A DNA stretch of 64,000 nt from Octopus sinensis. Lineage: Eukaryota. The stretch spans positions 19,096,001 to 19,160,000 of the forward strand of contig NC_043003.1 of NCBI RefSeq assembly GCF_006345805.1, written 5' to 3'. The position numbers and the translations under genes were made by a program. The notes beneath the pieces are model-generated. The model was not told the DNA's origin. It saw only the letters and a list, made by a program, of their open reading frames with translations, and did not search any database. This document shows, piece after piece, positions 10,329 to 22,433 of this stretch (within the stretch, counting starts at the first letter, position 1; every line of letters starts with the position of its first letter).

Positions 10329-10510
10329 ATCCGATTCTAGGTTGTCCATTTATCAAATGTTCTTCCTAGAGGTAAGGCAAATTTTTCATGTTTGTTGCAC
10401 ACACACGTCTTTGCTAGTAAATACGCAGTGAAGCTATACAATAGTGTCGTATTTGTATCAATTGCTATTTTCCAGTAAATATTGGTGCCTTGTTGTACCA
10501 CTCATCTGTT

Positions 10511-10568
<58 letters not shown>

Positions 10569-10627
10569 ATTTAAGCTAGCACTTACCATTTTCTGGTAAT
10601 ATATATGACATTTTTTTTGCATTTCAG

Positions 10628-10702
10628 ATGCGTGGTATGAATGGTCTTTTTGGACTTGTAGTCCATATCACAGTTGGAGAAACAATGTTAGCTGGAATAG
10701 CT
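10628..10702 (+). CDS. C2CD5: C2CD5 exon 7 in window
   Basis: tttcag|ATG...GCT|gtgagt. MRGMNGLFGLVVHITVGETMLAGIA. Confidence 0.95.
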
Positions 10703-11920
10703 GTGAGTATCTTTAAAACTTATTAATTCAGTACATTCCTAATATTTCATTTTAATTTACCTTCTACAAGGCAGTGTGCAAGTGTGTGAAGCATGGTTTT
10801 GTTGCTGTTATTTTTACATGTAAAATAAAGTAAGTTCTCCGTATACACATGCAAAGAGTCTGGATTTAACTGTTGTTACATCCATATCACAAATATATAT
10901 TTTGCTTGACTTTTCGTAGGGTATGTATTGATGGGTAATCAGTCTTGTTGACTTTCTAATAGGATTTAGTACTTATCATTAACTCTTAGGTGCAGTGAGG
11001 CAGCTTGAGATTAGATGTATTTTCTAGAAAGACAACAAAATACCGGCAGTAGATTTGAACTTATTACTCTTGAGCAGGCTGTTGAAATACCTTATCCACT
11101 TTGCCATTTCATTTGTAGCTCTGCAGCATCAGACATCCCCTACTTCCCCATTCACTCCTGGCCCCACTGCTTCAGTTATTCCTAACCACCTTCATACCTT
11201 GAAGGTCCACCCTGACACCTCATCACCACTCTTTTCTTATCACTTTCCAGCTTCACCTCATCGCTCTCCCCTCTCTTCTAAAATGTGTAGTCATGTAGCT
11301 CCTCCATGGCTAGAAACCTGTTCTCCTCTGGCCCTTTTCTCTTACATTTTAATCCCCTCTACTCCCTTATCTCCCAGCATAAAGCTTCCTGCATCTGGGT
11401 TTGTACTCTTGCAGGTTGCATGGCAATCTCGCTAGTGCTTGTGGCATGGGGGGAAAAAAAAAGCACCCAGTACTCACAGAAAAGTGGTTGGCATTAGGGA
11501 GGGCATCAAGCTGTAGAAACCATGTTGAAGCATACACTGGAACATAGTGCAGTTCTTTGCACCTACTGGATCCTGTCAAACCATCCAACCCATGTCAACA
11601 TGGAAGTTAAATGATGACAATGACGATACACTGATACACTGTGATTTAGGTTAAAGTACTTGCATAAACTTGATGATGATGATGATGCTGCTGCACACAC
11701 CACACACCTACACCAGCCTTCCACATAGTTCTTAGTCAATTCATTTGATCAACTTCTCTTGTTCCACTCTACAAAGTATTGTCTTTGCACTTTGACGAAA
11801 TAAATAACTTTCTAGTTGTTGTTGTCTAATTTTCTTTTTTTTTCTTTTCTTTTCTTCTTTATTGCTCTAACTATTGTTTATGAAACCCTTCTGCTATTCT
11901 CTTCATTGTTCTATTTTCAG

Positions 11921-11983
11921 ACAGCAACTGCTGCCTATCTGAATGCACTACCTGCTCCATCAGTTCCACGTATCTCAGGACAG
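11921..11983 (+). CDS. C2CD5: C2CD5 exon 8 in window
   Basis: tttcag|ACA...CAG|gtaata. TATAAYLNALPAPSVPRISGQ. Confidence 0.93.
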
Positions 11984-12768
11984 GTAATAATAATATTTAA
12001 TTTTATTATTAAATGACCCAAACTAATCTTTCTTTTTTTTTTTCTTTTTTTCATCACACTTTCCTTTCCTTTAGTGATGAGTGAGAAGATCTGCAGCTCA
12101 TTTCCATATCAGGATATAAATCCTAAAAAAAAAAAAATGTTTTAGCCCGAAGGCCGCGGCCATGCTGGGGCACCACTGCTGGATCATATAATCATATGAT
12201 CATGTTTTTTAACCAAGATCAGTTCTAATCAAGTAGACTTATGATCGAAAGTATTCTAGGCATGACCATTCCATCTGTTTTTCTATGAAGGACCACATTG
12301 TCCAGTGTGTACTTTGAGTTTGTTTACATCTCTGTAACTTGACAGTTTGGCAGAAGAGGCCAATAGGATAAGTACCAGACTTTAAAAAAATAAGTACGAG
12401 GGTCAATTTGTTGAACTAAATTCTTCAAGATGGTACTCCAGCATGACCACAGTCCAACAACTGAAGCATGTGAAATATAAAAGATTTAACACCATACATC
12501 TTTTATAATACAACAGAGATGCAGCACGGAATTTTGTCAGTGAACAGATCGCGGTCTCAAAGCAACGAAAATATTTTGACAAATTAAATTTAAATGTTGA
12601 AGTGAATCTAACAGTTTTTGTGTGTTTCTTAAATGGTTTATAAACACCTTCCACGCTGCAATTGTTTTCGTTCCAGCACACGATCTCAGATCAGGTCACT
12701 TGCTATGCAAGTACATTTCCGTAATCTTTTATAATGTCTTCTTTAAACCTTTATTTTTTTCTTTTTAG

Positions 12769-12867
12769 GTGATGCCAGCAAGTGACAATAATGATTTGGA
12801 GAAACTACAGCAACGCTTAACCACTACTGTACAGAACTTAAAAGAGCAATATGAAATATTTGTGCCT
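12769..12867 (+). CDS. C2CD5: C2CD5 exon 9 in window
   Basis: ttttag|GTG...CCT|gtaagt. VMPASDNNDLEKLQQRLTTTVQNLKEQYEIFVP. Phase 0/0. Confidence 0.85.
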
Positions 12868-13124
12868 GTAAGTTAATAATACTGTCTTTGAGAGTTCCCG
12901 GTGGCTTGACTTACATATACTGACCTAACCCTAAATGATAACCCCATGATCTCTTTCTTCCTCACTCTCAGATAAAACATGATTCCCCAAAATGAGTTTA
13001 TCAAACTCTCTTATAAACTTTACTCTTGACTAATTGTTGCTCCCACAAACCACCAGTTTCTTTAGATTTCAGGTTTGATCTTATCAGACTATGATACTTG
13101 TGTGGTAAAATCTCGTTTGATTAA

Positions 13125-13740
13125 TTCCTTTGTTCCCTGTGAAGCATAGGCCATCGATGATGTTTCCCCACTGTTCCTGACTCTAGGCTATCTTTTCTGC
13201 TTCTCTCTGGTTGAATCCCAGCTTTTTCAGTTCTTCCTCAGTATCTTACCTCCAGCTATTTCTAGGATGTGTGTCCTCTCTTCCACATCTTTTGTTGGTT
13301 CCAGGTCAGAGCCTGACATGTAATGCAGGATGTTGGTTCCCCAAAGGTATAGTCTATCCATCCCCTCTTGCTCTTCAGGGTCTGTTCTTCCACTGGCATC
13401 AGCTCCTTCCTTTCTGAAACATCTATTCCACATTACACAGTTTTTGAGGAAGTCAGCTTTGCAACTTCCTTTCAAATTCTTCTACATTGTCATATGTTTC
13501 TCTGAAGGAAGTCCTTTCTTTTCTACGTCTTGTTGTTATCAATGCTTCTGTTACTTTGCTTTTTTCCAGGTAGGGACATTATCCTATGCAAACCCATTTT
13601 TACCTCTGAGAAGAGGTGGTCCATATTTGCTTGGCCTCTATCCTTTGATACCTTGCCCAGCCCAAGAGGTTCCACCAGAAGCTTGCCCTTCACTGGCTTA
13701 GCTCTCAGGGTCATTGAAGGCACAGAAGCCACCACGATGC
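13125..13740 (-). mobile_element. RTE-clade LINE 3' remnant (decayed)
   Basis: Frameshifted remnants of RWIGHTL..CITCQALTWN..KRG..TEEELKKLGF..WGNIIDGLCFTG on minus. Confidence 0.65.
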
Positions 13741-14395
13741 AACAAGAAATAAACCTTGTGATGACTGGTGAAATTATGGTTCTTTATCTATTGATAAAGA
13801 TACATTATTGATACATTAGCCTTATCTATTGACAGGGCTAATGTACAGTAGAATTTGTGTTTCAGAGTACAACTCTTTGTTTCATATTATGAAAACCATT
13901 TCCATATCAGGATATGATCATGCTTTTTAACCAAGAGCAGTTCTAATCAAGTAGACTTATGATCGAAAGTATTCTAGGCATGACCATTCCATCTGTTTGT
14001 CTATGAAGGACCACATTGTCCAGTGTGTACTTTGAGTTTTAAAAAGAAACTCGGTCAGTGTCTGTGAAGAAAATAAAGGTCAAAGTGGAATGTTGTTCTA
14101 AAGAGAAAGGACTGCAAAATGTTTAGTGCAGGATTTCAATAAGATACAATAGGAATGATGAGAAGAGCAGTGGGCTTCAACTGTAGGAAATTTCTGACTC
14201 TCTCTCTCTCCCTCTCTCCCTTTCTTTCTCTTCCTCTGTCTCTCACTCAACGAGACAAAATATGTGTGATCAGATTTGCTTAAATATCAATCAACATTAT
14301 GAATACAAAATCCTAAATAGTATTGTATTGGTACATGCAGGATTGTGTGGTTAATCACATGCTTTCATATCCAATCCCACTGCATAGCACCTTAA

Positions 14396-14617
14396 CCCTT
14401 TCGTTACCGTATTTATTTTGAGATGCTCTGTGTTTCTTTCAATTACTTTAAATATAACAAAGAATTTAGTAAAATAACTTAGTTATCATTCAGCTAGTGT
14501 TAGGAACATAAATTGTGACTAAGGTTTGGTGGAAGATTTTAATTCAAAACTTATGAAAACAAGACATTTGTACTATAGAGCCAGGGCCGGGTTTCAGCCG
14601 GGTTGGTAATGAAAAGG
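14396..14617. mobile_element. piggyBac-like MITE (TTAA TSD)
   Basis: TTAA|CCCTTTCGTTACC...GGTAATGAAAAGG|TTAA. Related copy 45494-46120; truncated copy near 39610. Confidence 0.75.
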
Positions 14618-14676
14618 TTAAGCTAGTTTCTCTCTCTCTCTTTCTTTTTTTCACCTTTTCATTCAATTTATTCCAG

Positions 14677-14793
14677 GAAATTACCCCAGGCCAGTCTAGT
14701 CTTCGTTGCAGTGCTGATAATACAGACGACAGCGATGAAGATCAGAGTGATTTAGAACTGTCATTTGGAAACAAAGATACGTTTGTGTTAGAG
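14677..14793 (+). CDS. C2CD5: C2CD5 exon 10 in window
   Basis: ttccag|GAA...GAG|gtaagt. EITPGQ...DDSDEDQSDLELSFGNKDTFVLE. Confidence 0.92.
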
Positions 14794-16495
14794 GTAAGTA
14801 AGGATTTTGGCTGGTTCCAGAGCATGAAGGGTCTCATCATCATTGTCATCATCATTGATTTTTATGTCCACCTTTCCATGCTTCCATGGGTTGAACTGAG
14901 TGGCTCCCTGTCGCCAATCCACATCAGTTTCCAAACAAATTAATATTTTCTTGTGGCCAGACTAGAGGGATGGTCAGAGATAAATATCAATTTAATACAT
15001 GTACTGAAAGAGCTACCAATACTTTCATGCTTTTATGATGCTTTAACCTGACATGTTTATAAAATACATTACATATCTCCAAGTAATCTCTCAGGTTTCA
15101 ACATATTTTCCGTTATTTTGTTCTATACCAGCTGCATCAATTGTGGTTTCTTATTTCTTTATTACCCACAAGGGGCTAAACATAGAGGGGACAAACAAGG
15201 ACAGACAAAGGGATTAAGTCGATTATATTGACCCCAGCGCATAACTGGTACTTAATTTATCGACCCTGAAAGGATAAAAGGCAAAGTCAACCATGGTGGA
15301 ATTTGAACTCAGAACGTAAAGTCAGGCGAAATACCGCTAAGCATTTCGCCTGGCATGCTAATGTTTCTGCCAGCTCACCGCCTTATATATCAGCTACATT
15401 AATTGTGGTTTCTGCAATCAGGGAGGACAGGGATCTTGGTTTTCTTAATTTCATTTCTTTCTTCTCATTCCATTCTTCGCATTTTTCTTGTTTTTTCTCA
15501 TTTTGTCATTGTGTAGCATTCTTGTTTTTTAAAAAATATCTAACACAGGCATGACTGTCTGGTAAGAAGCTTGCTTCCCAACCACATGGTTCCAGGTTCA
15601 GTCCTACTGTGGGTAAAGTGTCTTTTACTATAGCTTTGGGCTGAGTGGATTTGGTAGATGGAAACTGAAAGAAGCCTGTCGTGTGTGTGTGTGTGCATGT
15701 GTGTTTCTATGTCTGCGTTTGTCCCCCACCACCACTGATGCTGGTGTATTTACGTCCCCGTAACTTAGTAGTTCAGCAAAAGAGGCCAATAGAATAAGTA
15801 CCAGGCGTAAAAAATTTTAAAAAATATTAGAGTCAATTTATTCAACTAAAAATTCTTCAAGATAGTGTCCCAGCATGGCCACAGTCTAATGACTGAAAGA
15901 AGTAATTCTTTTGGTATATGTATTAAATTTATATATATTGCCTCCGTGAGGCCCAACACTCAAAAGGAGCTTAGCATGCCACTGGCATCAGCCACTTTGC
16001 CCCCATGAGGCCCAATGCTCAGAAGGTGCTTTTTACATGTCACTGGCATGGGTGCCAGGTATGTGGCACCACCATCAGCCATGACTACAATTTCACTTGG
16101 CTTGATGGGTCTTCTCAAGCACAGCATATCACCAAAGGTCTCAGTCACTAGTGTGTATATCATCATCATCATCATTTAACGTCCGCTTTCTATGCTAGCA
16201 TGGGTTGGACGATTTGACTGAGGTCTGGCGAACCAGATGGCTGCACCAGGCTCTAATCTGATCTGGCAGAGTTTCTACAGCTGGATGCCCTTCCTAACGC
16301 CAACCACTCTGAGAGTGTAGTGAGTGCTTTTACATGCCACCAGCACGAGGGCCAGTCAGGTGGTACTGGCAACAGCCACGCTCAAATGGTGTTTTTTACG
16401 TGCCACAGCACAGGAGTCAGTCCAGCGGCACTGGCAACGACCACGCTCGAATGTTTTGTTCATGTGCCAGTAAGGTGGCGCTGGTAACGATCACG

Positions 16496-16539
<44 letters not shown>

Positions 16540-17450
16540 TGTATGTATGTATGTATAGACATACATACATCTTATCTTCATAAATATGTATGTACATGCT
16601 TATGTGAAAAGTCACAGCTGAAGGAATTGTTGTGTTTATTAACCAAAAGCATATCATTTGATATATGCCATCAGGGAAAGTTGCATTTTGTTCCTGATTG
16701 AGGTTGTTAACCCTTGTCAAAGCAAATTGCTAATCATGGTGATGCAGCTTGCTACTGTAGACAGTAGGAGCACTACATAATTAACGAGTATTTTGTTCAT
16801 TTAGTCCAACTCTATACTCTTCATGCTAATTCCACAGCTGTCATAATCATCGTTGCTTCCAACCATTTGACCTCTGGTTCAATCCCATTGTATGGTACCT
16901 TTAGCAAATGTCTTCTGCTTTTGCCCTGGGTCAGCCAAAACCTTGTGAGTGGTAGATGGAAACAGGAAGAAGCTTCTCGTGTGTGTGTGTGTATGAATAT
17001 GTATGTGTATGTGTGTGTGTATTTGTGTATACCTTGTCTTGACATCCTGTAATGGTTGTAAATGAGCAGCCTGTCATACAAGTGAGGTTGTTTGTTTCCA
17101 GTCTGGCATATAAAAAAAAAAAAAAACATGTCTGGCCATGGGGATATATTATCTTACCTAGAAATAGGTGAGGGCAGGCAACAGGAAAGGTAGCCAGCCA
17201 TAGAACAAAAACAAGCCTCAATAAATTTTGTTTGACCCATACAAATGTGAAAAAGTGGACATTAAATGATGATGATGGTGATAAACCCCTTTTATCATTA
17301 ATCTCTTTACATGCCATTATATTTATATGGGATTCAAGGTAATTCTTTCAAACTTTTGTATCAATCCATTGAAAGACAATGCTGTACTGCTGCCTCTTTT
17401 TCTTTTATGCCATCATTCTGTAAATCATTTCAAAATTTTATCTTCTTCAG

Positions 17451-17573
17451 GTTGATGATGCAAAAGATGAAACTGTATCCTTGATTTTAGATGACTTCAC
17501 AGCTCCAGAAGGATTTGAAATATGCAATACAGAAGTACTTCCAGGAGTGACCAACATTGTTTGTAATCTACAG
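17451..17573 (+). CDS. C2CD5: C2CD5 exon 11 in window
   Basis: cttcag|GTT...CAG|gtaagc. VDDAKDETVSLILDDFTAPEGFEICNTEVLPGVTNIVCNLQ. Confidence 0.93.
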
Positions 17574-17706
17574 GTAAGCTCACAGTTTTTTGGGGTTTTT
17601 TTTTGCTATTTTGGGTATTCTATCACTTTCTTCAATTTACAGATCTTTTTATTTTATCAGCTAAATGTCCCAAATTACACATTTTCCTCTTGTTTTTCCT
17701 CTTTAG

Positions 17707-17793
17707 ATGTTTACACATGTGTGGCGTGGCAAATGCCAGAAAATACCAATGACTGTAAAAGATTTCTCTGATTTATTTAACCATTTGATTAGG
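17707..17793 (+). CDS. C2CD5: C2CD5 exon 12 in window
   Basis: ctttag|ATG...AGG|gtaagt. MFTHVWRGKCQKIPMTVKDFSDLFNHLIR. Confidence 0.9.
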
Positions 17794-18129
17794 GTAAGTA
17801 TTATTTCAGCCTCTTCATCTGTCAGTCCATTTTTGACACTTACTATTCCTGGGAGGTTCATTACGGTTGAGTTCTCGGATCTGTCCTCTATAGGGTCCTA
17901 TTAGAAACATCCATCATTAAGCTTTCTGGTTGGATTCCCAGGTGTGATCAACTGAGACCATGGATATTATCCAATCACCTTGTTCTCCTTTGTGAAATCT
18001 ATCCTGAAATGACATCTCACTATTTCTTTCCCAACTCCTTGGTCTCCTTTGTGAAATCTTGAAATGACACCTCACCAAATTTCTATCTTGAAATGACACC
18101 TCACTAAATTTCTTTCTGTGTCTTTTTCA

Positions 18130-18430
18130 GCCTTCCTCTTCTTCAAGCTCATTTCACATGCATTGTTTGACACTTTTCCCTCAACCATGATACTCCATAC
18201 ACCACACGTGCTCATACCAGTAATCTTCTCTATTACAAACTACAAATGAAGCTTCTTATACCCAGATTCTTCCTCAACACACTTGGTTTCTGTCCTTTGT
18301 GCAGACTAACATTTCACATTCAGTAGAGCATGCTTGCTTCATTTGATTCCAGCCTTTGCAAATCCTTCACATTCAGCATCCGTGTTTCAATCTATCATAA
18401 TATTTATTCTCCGTATACAAGCACCATACT
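18130..18430 (-). mobile_element. RTE-clade LINE fragment (decayed)
   Basis: Remnants of ..LNVKDLQRLESNEASML..LRKNLGIRS..VEG on minus. A similar decayed piece lies at about 11170-11410. Confidence 0.5.
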
Positions 18431-18572
18431 ATCTCTCCTTCACTTGAAAAAAGAGAGAAATAATTATTGTTGCCAACAGAGGTAATAGTTCCCTGAATGT
18501 TCCCTAATCTGTTATTATACTGGCTACAGTGGCTTCCCAACACACATCTCCAGTACTGATTATGTTACCTAG

Positions 18573-18910
18573 GTGTTTGAGAAGACTTCTATAGATTCCA
18601 TAGGCAGCGAGGCTCACCAATGGAGAAGTTCTTAACTAGATCAAGCTGAAACTGTCGCTAGAAGCTAGGATCACCAAGTATAGATTGACATATTTTGGTC
18701 ATATTATGCAGAGAAAATCCCTGGAGAAGGACATCATGCTCAGTGGCAAGAGAGCAAGAGGCCAACCAAGAACTCGCTGGCTTGACACCATCAAGAGTGA
18801 CACAGGAATGGACATAGCCAATTTGAAAGAAGTGACCCAGGATAGAACTGATCCATCAAGTAACCAAGAGTTGACTTTGATTGAGCGAATAGATAGATAG
18901 ATAGACAGAA
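18573..18910 (+). mobile_element. RTE LINE 3' end, same family as 58325-59400
   Basis: YFGHIMQRKSLEKDIML..RGQPRTRWLDTIKSDTGM; ends in (ATAG)n; highly similar to the reverse complement of 58330-58670. Confidence 0.85.
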
Positions 18911-19303
18911 GTTATTAGCTGTTTCTAGCAAACTTTCTGGGCAGTTAAACGACTTCATTTCTTGTATGTCCTAACTGCTGACTGTTCCTGTATTCCTTTT
19001 ACATGAGATCCTTCTTCTCTTCCAACCTACCTATGTTCTCTCTGCACCTTTTAAGTTTGAAGTGGGTATACAGTATAATGTTCTTATTCCCTCCACTTCT
19101 AAATATCCAGCATTGCCACTTTGAAAACAGTACCAGTATTTTGTTTTCTTTCAAGACTTTATTATCTTGGCCTTTGTCTTCTCAATTCTAGATTCTGTTT
19201 CCATGACTGGAACTTTTCCTGTATGTAATCAATATTTAAGCTTTATTTATCCATGATACAAAAACAATTGTCATTGATCTGTTATTTTTCTTCTAATTTA
19301 CAG

Positions 19304-19393
19304 AAAATTTGCTTTAAATTAAGGAAGATGGCACCATGCTGTTTAAGTTGCCTTGATTTCAATTTAGAGCTGGCTGATGAAGACGAAGTGCAG
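19304..19393 (+). CDS. C2CD5: C2CD5 exon 13 in window
   Basis: ttacag|AAA...CAG|gtatag. KICFKLRKMAPCCLSCLDFNLELADEDEVQ. Confidence 0.93.
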
Positions 19394-20578
19394 GTATAGT
19401 TTACATTCATTATTTTCAGCATTTAGATATGTTTCCATGCATTATTGATGAATGCTTGATAACATCTCCCTAGTGGTTGTACAGTTGTCAAAATAGTTAA
19501 TAGGGAAAAGCAACATGTTGATTGATGCAGCAAAGACTGGATCTTATGATGGTTCTGAGTAACTGTAGCACTAGGAAATTGCCAGCTCACCCTCTTTTTT
19601 TTTTTTTGTTAGATTTCTGTACTTAGTTCAACTCCTCATGTGGATTTGCGAAAATTACCTGGGTATTCAACCTCAAGCCTGACTTCTTAGTTATTTCTGT
19701 TTTCCTTACCACTGGATCCAGACCCTGCTTGTGTTGTCAGACTGCATGTAGTAAGTTGATAGTGTGCAGCAATTTGTTCCTCATCAATCTGATCAAAATT
19801 CAGAGACTTCATCTTGGTGAACAACTTTCCCAGTGACAAGGGATTCTTCTATTACCATCACTACTTCTACTAAAAAGTACCAACGAACATGTCCCCGGGC
19901 CGTTGCCAGCACCACCCCAACTGGCCTCCGTGCTGGTGGCACGTAAAAAGCACCATCAGATCGTGGCCGTTTGCCAGCCTCGTCTGGCACCTAAAAAGCA
20001 CCCACTACACTCTCGGAATGGTTGGCATTAGGAAGGGCATCCAGCCATAGAAACATTGCCAAATCAGACTGGGCCTGGTGCAGCCTTCTGGCTTCCCAGA
20101 CTCCAGTTGAACCGTCCAACCCATGCTAACATGGAAAACGGACGCTAAACGATGATGATGATGATGCTACCAGATTATTTGCAAATGAGTTAGACTAGGT
20201 AGCATGTACATGCTTTCACTAATTGTTTTAGGTGCTTATGTAGTCCTAGGTAGACATAGACATCCTCTTGACTTTCCTACATTTAAACCTAATGGAACAT
20301 TGAGGACATGACAGCTGGATGGAGAGAGAGAGAAAGAGCTGCACCAGCACTTGGTTAGTACTCATTTTCAGCTGAGTGGACTTAAACAATGTAAAATGAA
20401 GTAACCTGCTCAAGAGCACAACATGCTACCTGGTTCAATATTTGAACCCAAAATCTTACAGCACAAGCCCAGCGCCCTAACCACTAGGCCACTGAATAGT
20501 AATGTATTAAAATATATATACATATATATATTTTTTTTAATGTCTTTAATGTGTTTCATTGAATATTTTTATTGGCAG

Positions 20579-20654
20579 ATAACCTTGACCGGGATGTGCA
20601 CAGGACTTGGAGAAGTACAACCTCAAGCATCTAAAAACTTAGTGTATAAAACAA
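20579..20654 (+). CDS. C2CD5: C2CD5 exon 14 in window
   Basis: tggcag|ATA...A|gtaagt. ITLTGMCTGLGEVQPQASKNLVYKT. Phase 0/1. Confidence 0.88.
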
Positions 20655-21507
20655 GTAAGTTTCCTAAGGCAATTAATGTGTATATTCTTAGGTTTCTCTC
20701 ATTCTGTTTATATATTTCTGTTACATGTTTTTGCATGAATATCTTTGCCTGTGCCAGTACCACGTAAAATACACCCGTGCTTGTACCACATAAAATGCAC
20801 CTTTGCCAGTACCATGTAAAATGCACCCACGCCAGTGCCATGTAAAATACACCATGCTTGTACCACAAAATCCACCCATGCCAGTGCCATGTAAAGATCA
20901 CCTGTGCCAGTGCCATGTAAGGACCACCTGTGCTGGTGCCACATAAAAAGTACCTAGTACACTCTGTACAGTGGTTGGTGTTAGAAAGGGCATCCAACCA
21001 TAGAGACCATGCCAAAACAGACAATTAGAGCCTGGTACAGCCATCTGGTTTGCCAGCTCCTGTCAAACTGTCCAACCCATGCCAGCATGGAAAACAGATA
21101 TTAAATGTTGATGATGATGGTTCACCTTTCATTCTGTTTCCATTCCATATTTTTGCATGAATATCCATAGCTCTTAGTTGGTCCTGCTTGGGGACCTACC
21201 CTTATCAGTTGCTGACAGTTGCTTCTGATAGGAACCTCTGGAAGTTGTGTCTAAGGACTTCTCCCCCACTCCAATGGCCCTCACAAGGCGGCAAGCTAGC
21301 AGAAACATGAGCATGCCGGGCAAAATGCTTAGTGGTATTTCGTCTGCCACTACGTTCTGAGTTCAAATTCCGCTGAGGTTGACCTTGCCTTTCATTCTTT
21401 TTGGAGTCGATTAAATAAATACCAGTTATGCACTGGGGGTTGATATATTATTTGAAATAATAATTTTTTTCTCCATATAATAATGGTGTTTTTTCTTCAC
21501 ATTTTAA

Positions 21508-21756
21508 CCATTTAGCATTTAAACCAGCCATACCTGGCTCAATTATTCTACCTGTTTCCTGTTCAGGCGGGCCTCTCACACCAATCCTACCATGTCATTC
21601 TAAGAATAAACAATCATATCATCAGACTCTCAAAGCTGCAAAATAATACATCATCATCATCGTTTAACGTCCGTTTTCTGCGCTAGCAGGTTAATTCAAA
21701 ACAATGTGAATAAATAAGCAGTACTCTTTAGACAGAATAATGTGAATGCTAAATGG
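21508..21756. mobile_element. piggyBac-like MITE, second family (TTAA TSD)
   Basis: TTAA|CCATTTAGCATT...AATGCTAAATGG|TTAA, with a short family-B tail fragment inside. Other copies 39960-40163 (TTAA 39956-39959 / 40164-40167) and about 31934-32156. Confidence 0.75.
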
Positions 21757-21831
21757 TTAAGGAATGGCATCCACACTGAAAAAGAAATTTGAAATGCTTA
21801 ATCATTTTCTTTTTTTTTTTTTTTTCTCCAG

Positions 21832-21954
21832 ACAATGGTTCTAACCTCCTTTTGAGTGTGCCGTCCAACAGTAGCTGTGATCAAGACCATGACTTAATGT
21901 TTCAGATGGAAGAGGTACAAGAAAGCCCTGTTACATCAAAGACATCTCAGCAAG
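21832..21954 (+). CDS. C2CD5: C2CD5 exon 15 in window
   Basis: ctccag|AC...G|gtaaca. NGSNLLLSVPSNSSCDQDHDLMFQMEEVQESPVTSKTSQQ. Phase 1/1. Confidence 0.85.
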
Positions 21955-22392
21955 GTAACACCATTTCTGTTGTTTCGTTGACATGTGACAACACATAACA
22001 CTCTTGGAGGTGGCTCATCCGCTTTGGATGAGCTCTCACCTGTGGCTCCAAGTAACTGTTTGAATGCAACAGCAGCCACATCCCCAGTAAACCACTTCAA
22101 CTTGTGGGCTAAACCAGGTGATATTAGCTAACAGATATGTAACTCTTGGTGAGTTAAGGCTTGCCTACCTGTGCCTATGAAGAACTAGATCTGATAGACT
22201 CTGTGAGGTTGATTCATTCAATTAAAAATTCTTCAGGGCACTGCCCTAGCATGGCCACAGTCAAATGACTGAAACAAGATGAAAGATACCAGTTTTTAAT
22301 CATGGTTTAAGTGTTCTGTACTGTTCCTATCTCTACATGATATATATGTATTCTTTTTTATAATTATATTCTTCTTTTTGGTTCCCTTTCAG

Positions 22393-22433
22393 CACAAAAA
22401 ACTGGCAAAACAGAAAGTGGTCTCAAGTACCAT
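22393..22433 (+). CDS. C2CD5: C2CD5 exon 16 in window (41 nt)
   Basis: tttcag|CA...CAT|gtaagt. QKTGKTESGLKYH. Converts phase 1 to 0, which is required to join the flanking exons in frame. Confidence 0.8.

Noticed and set aside
19367-19390. CTGATGA motif as hammerhead core
   Set aside because: Lies in C2CD5 coding sequence (ADEDE); no stem II/GAAA arrangement.
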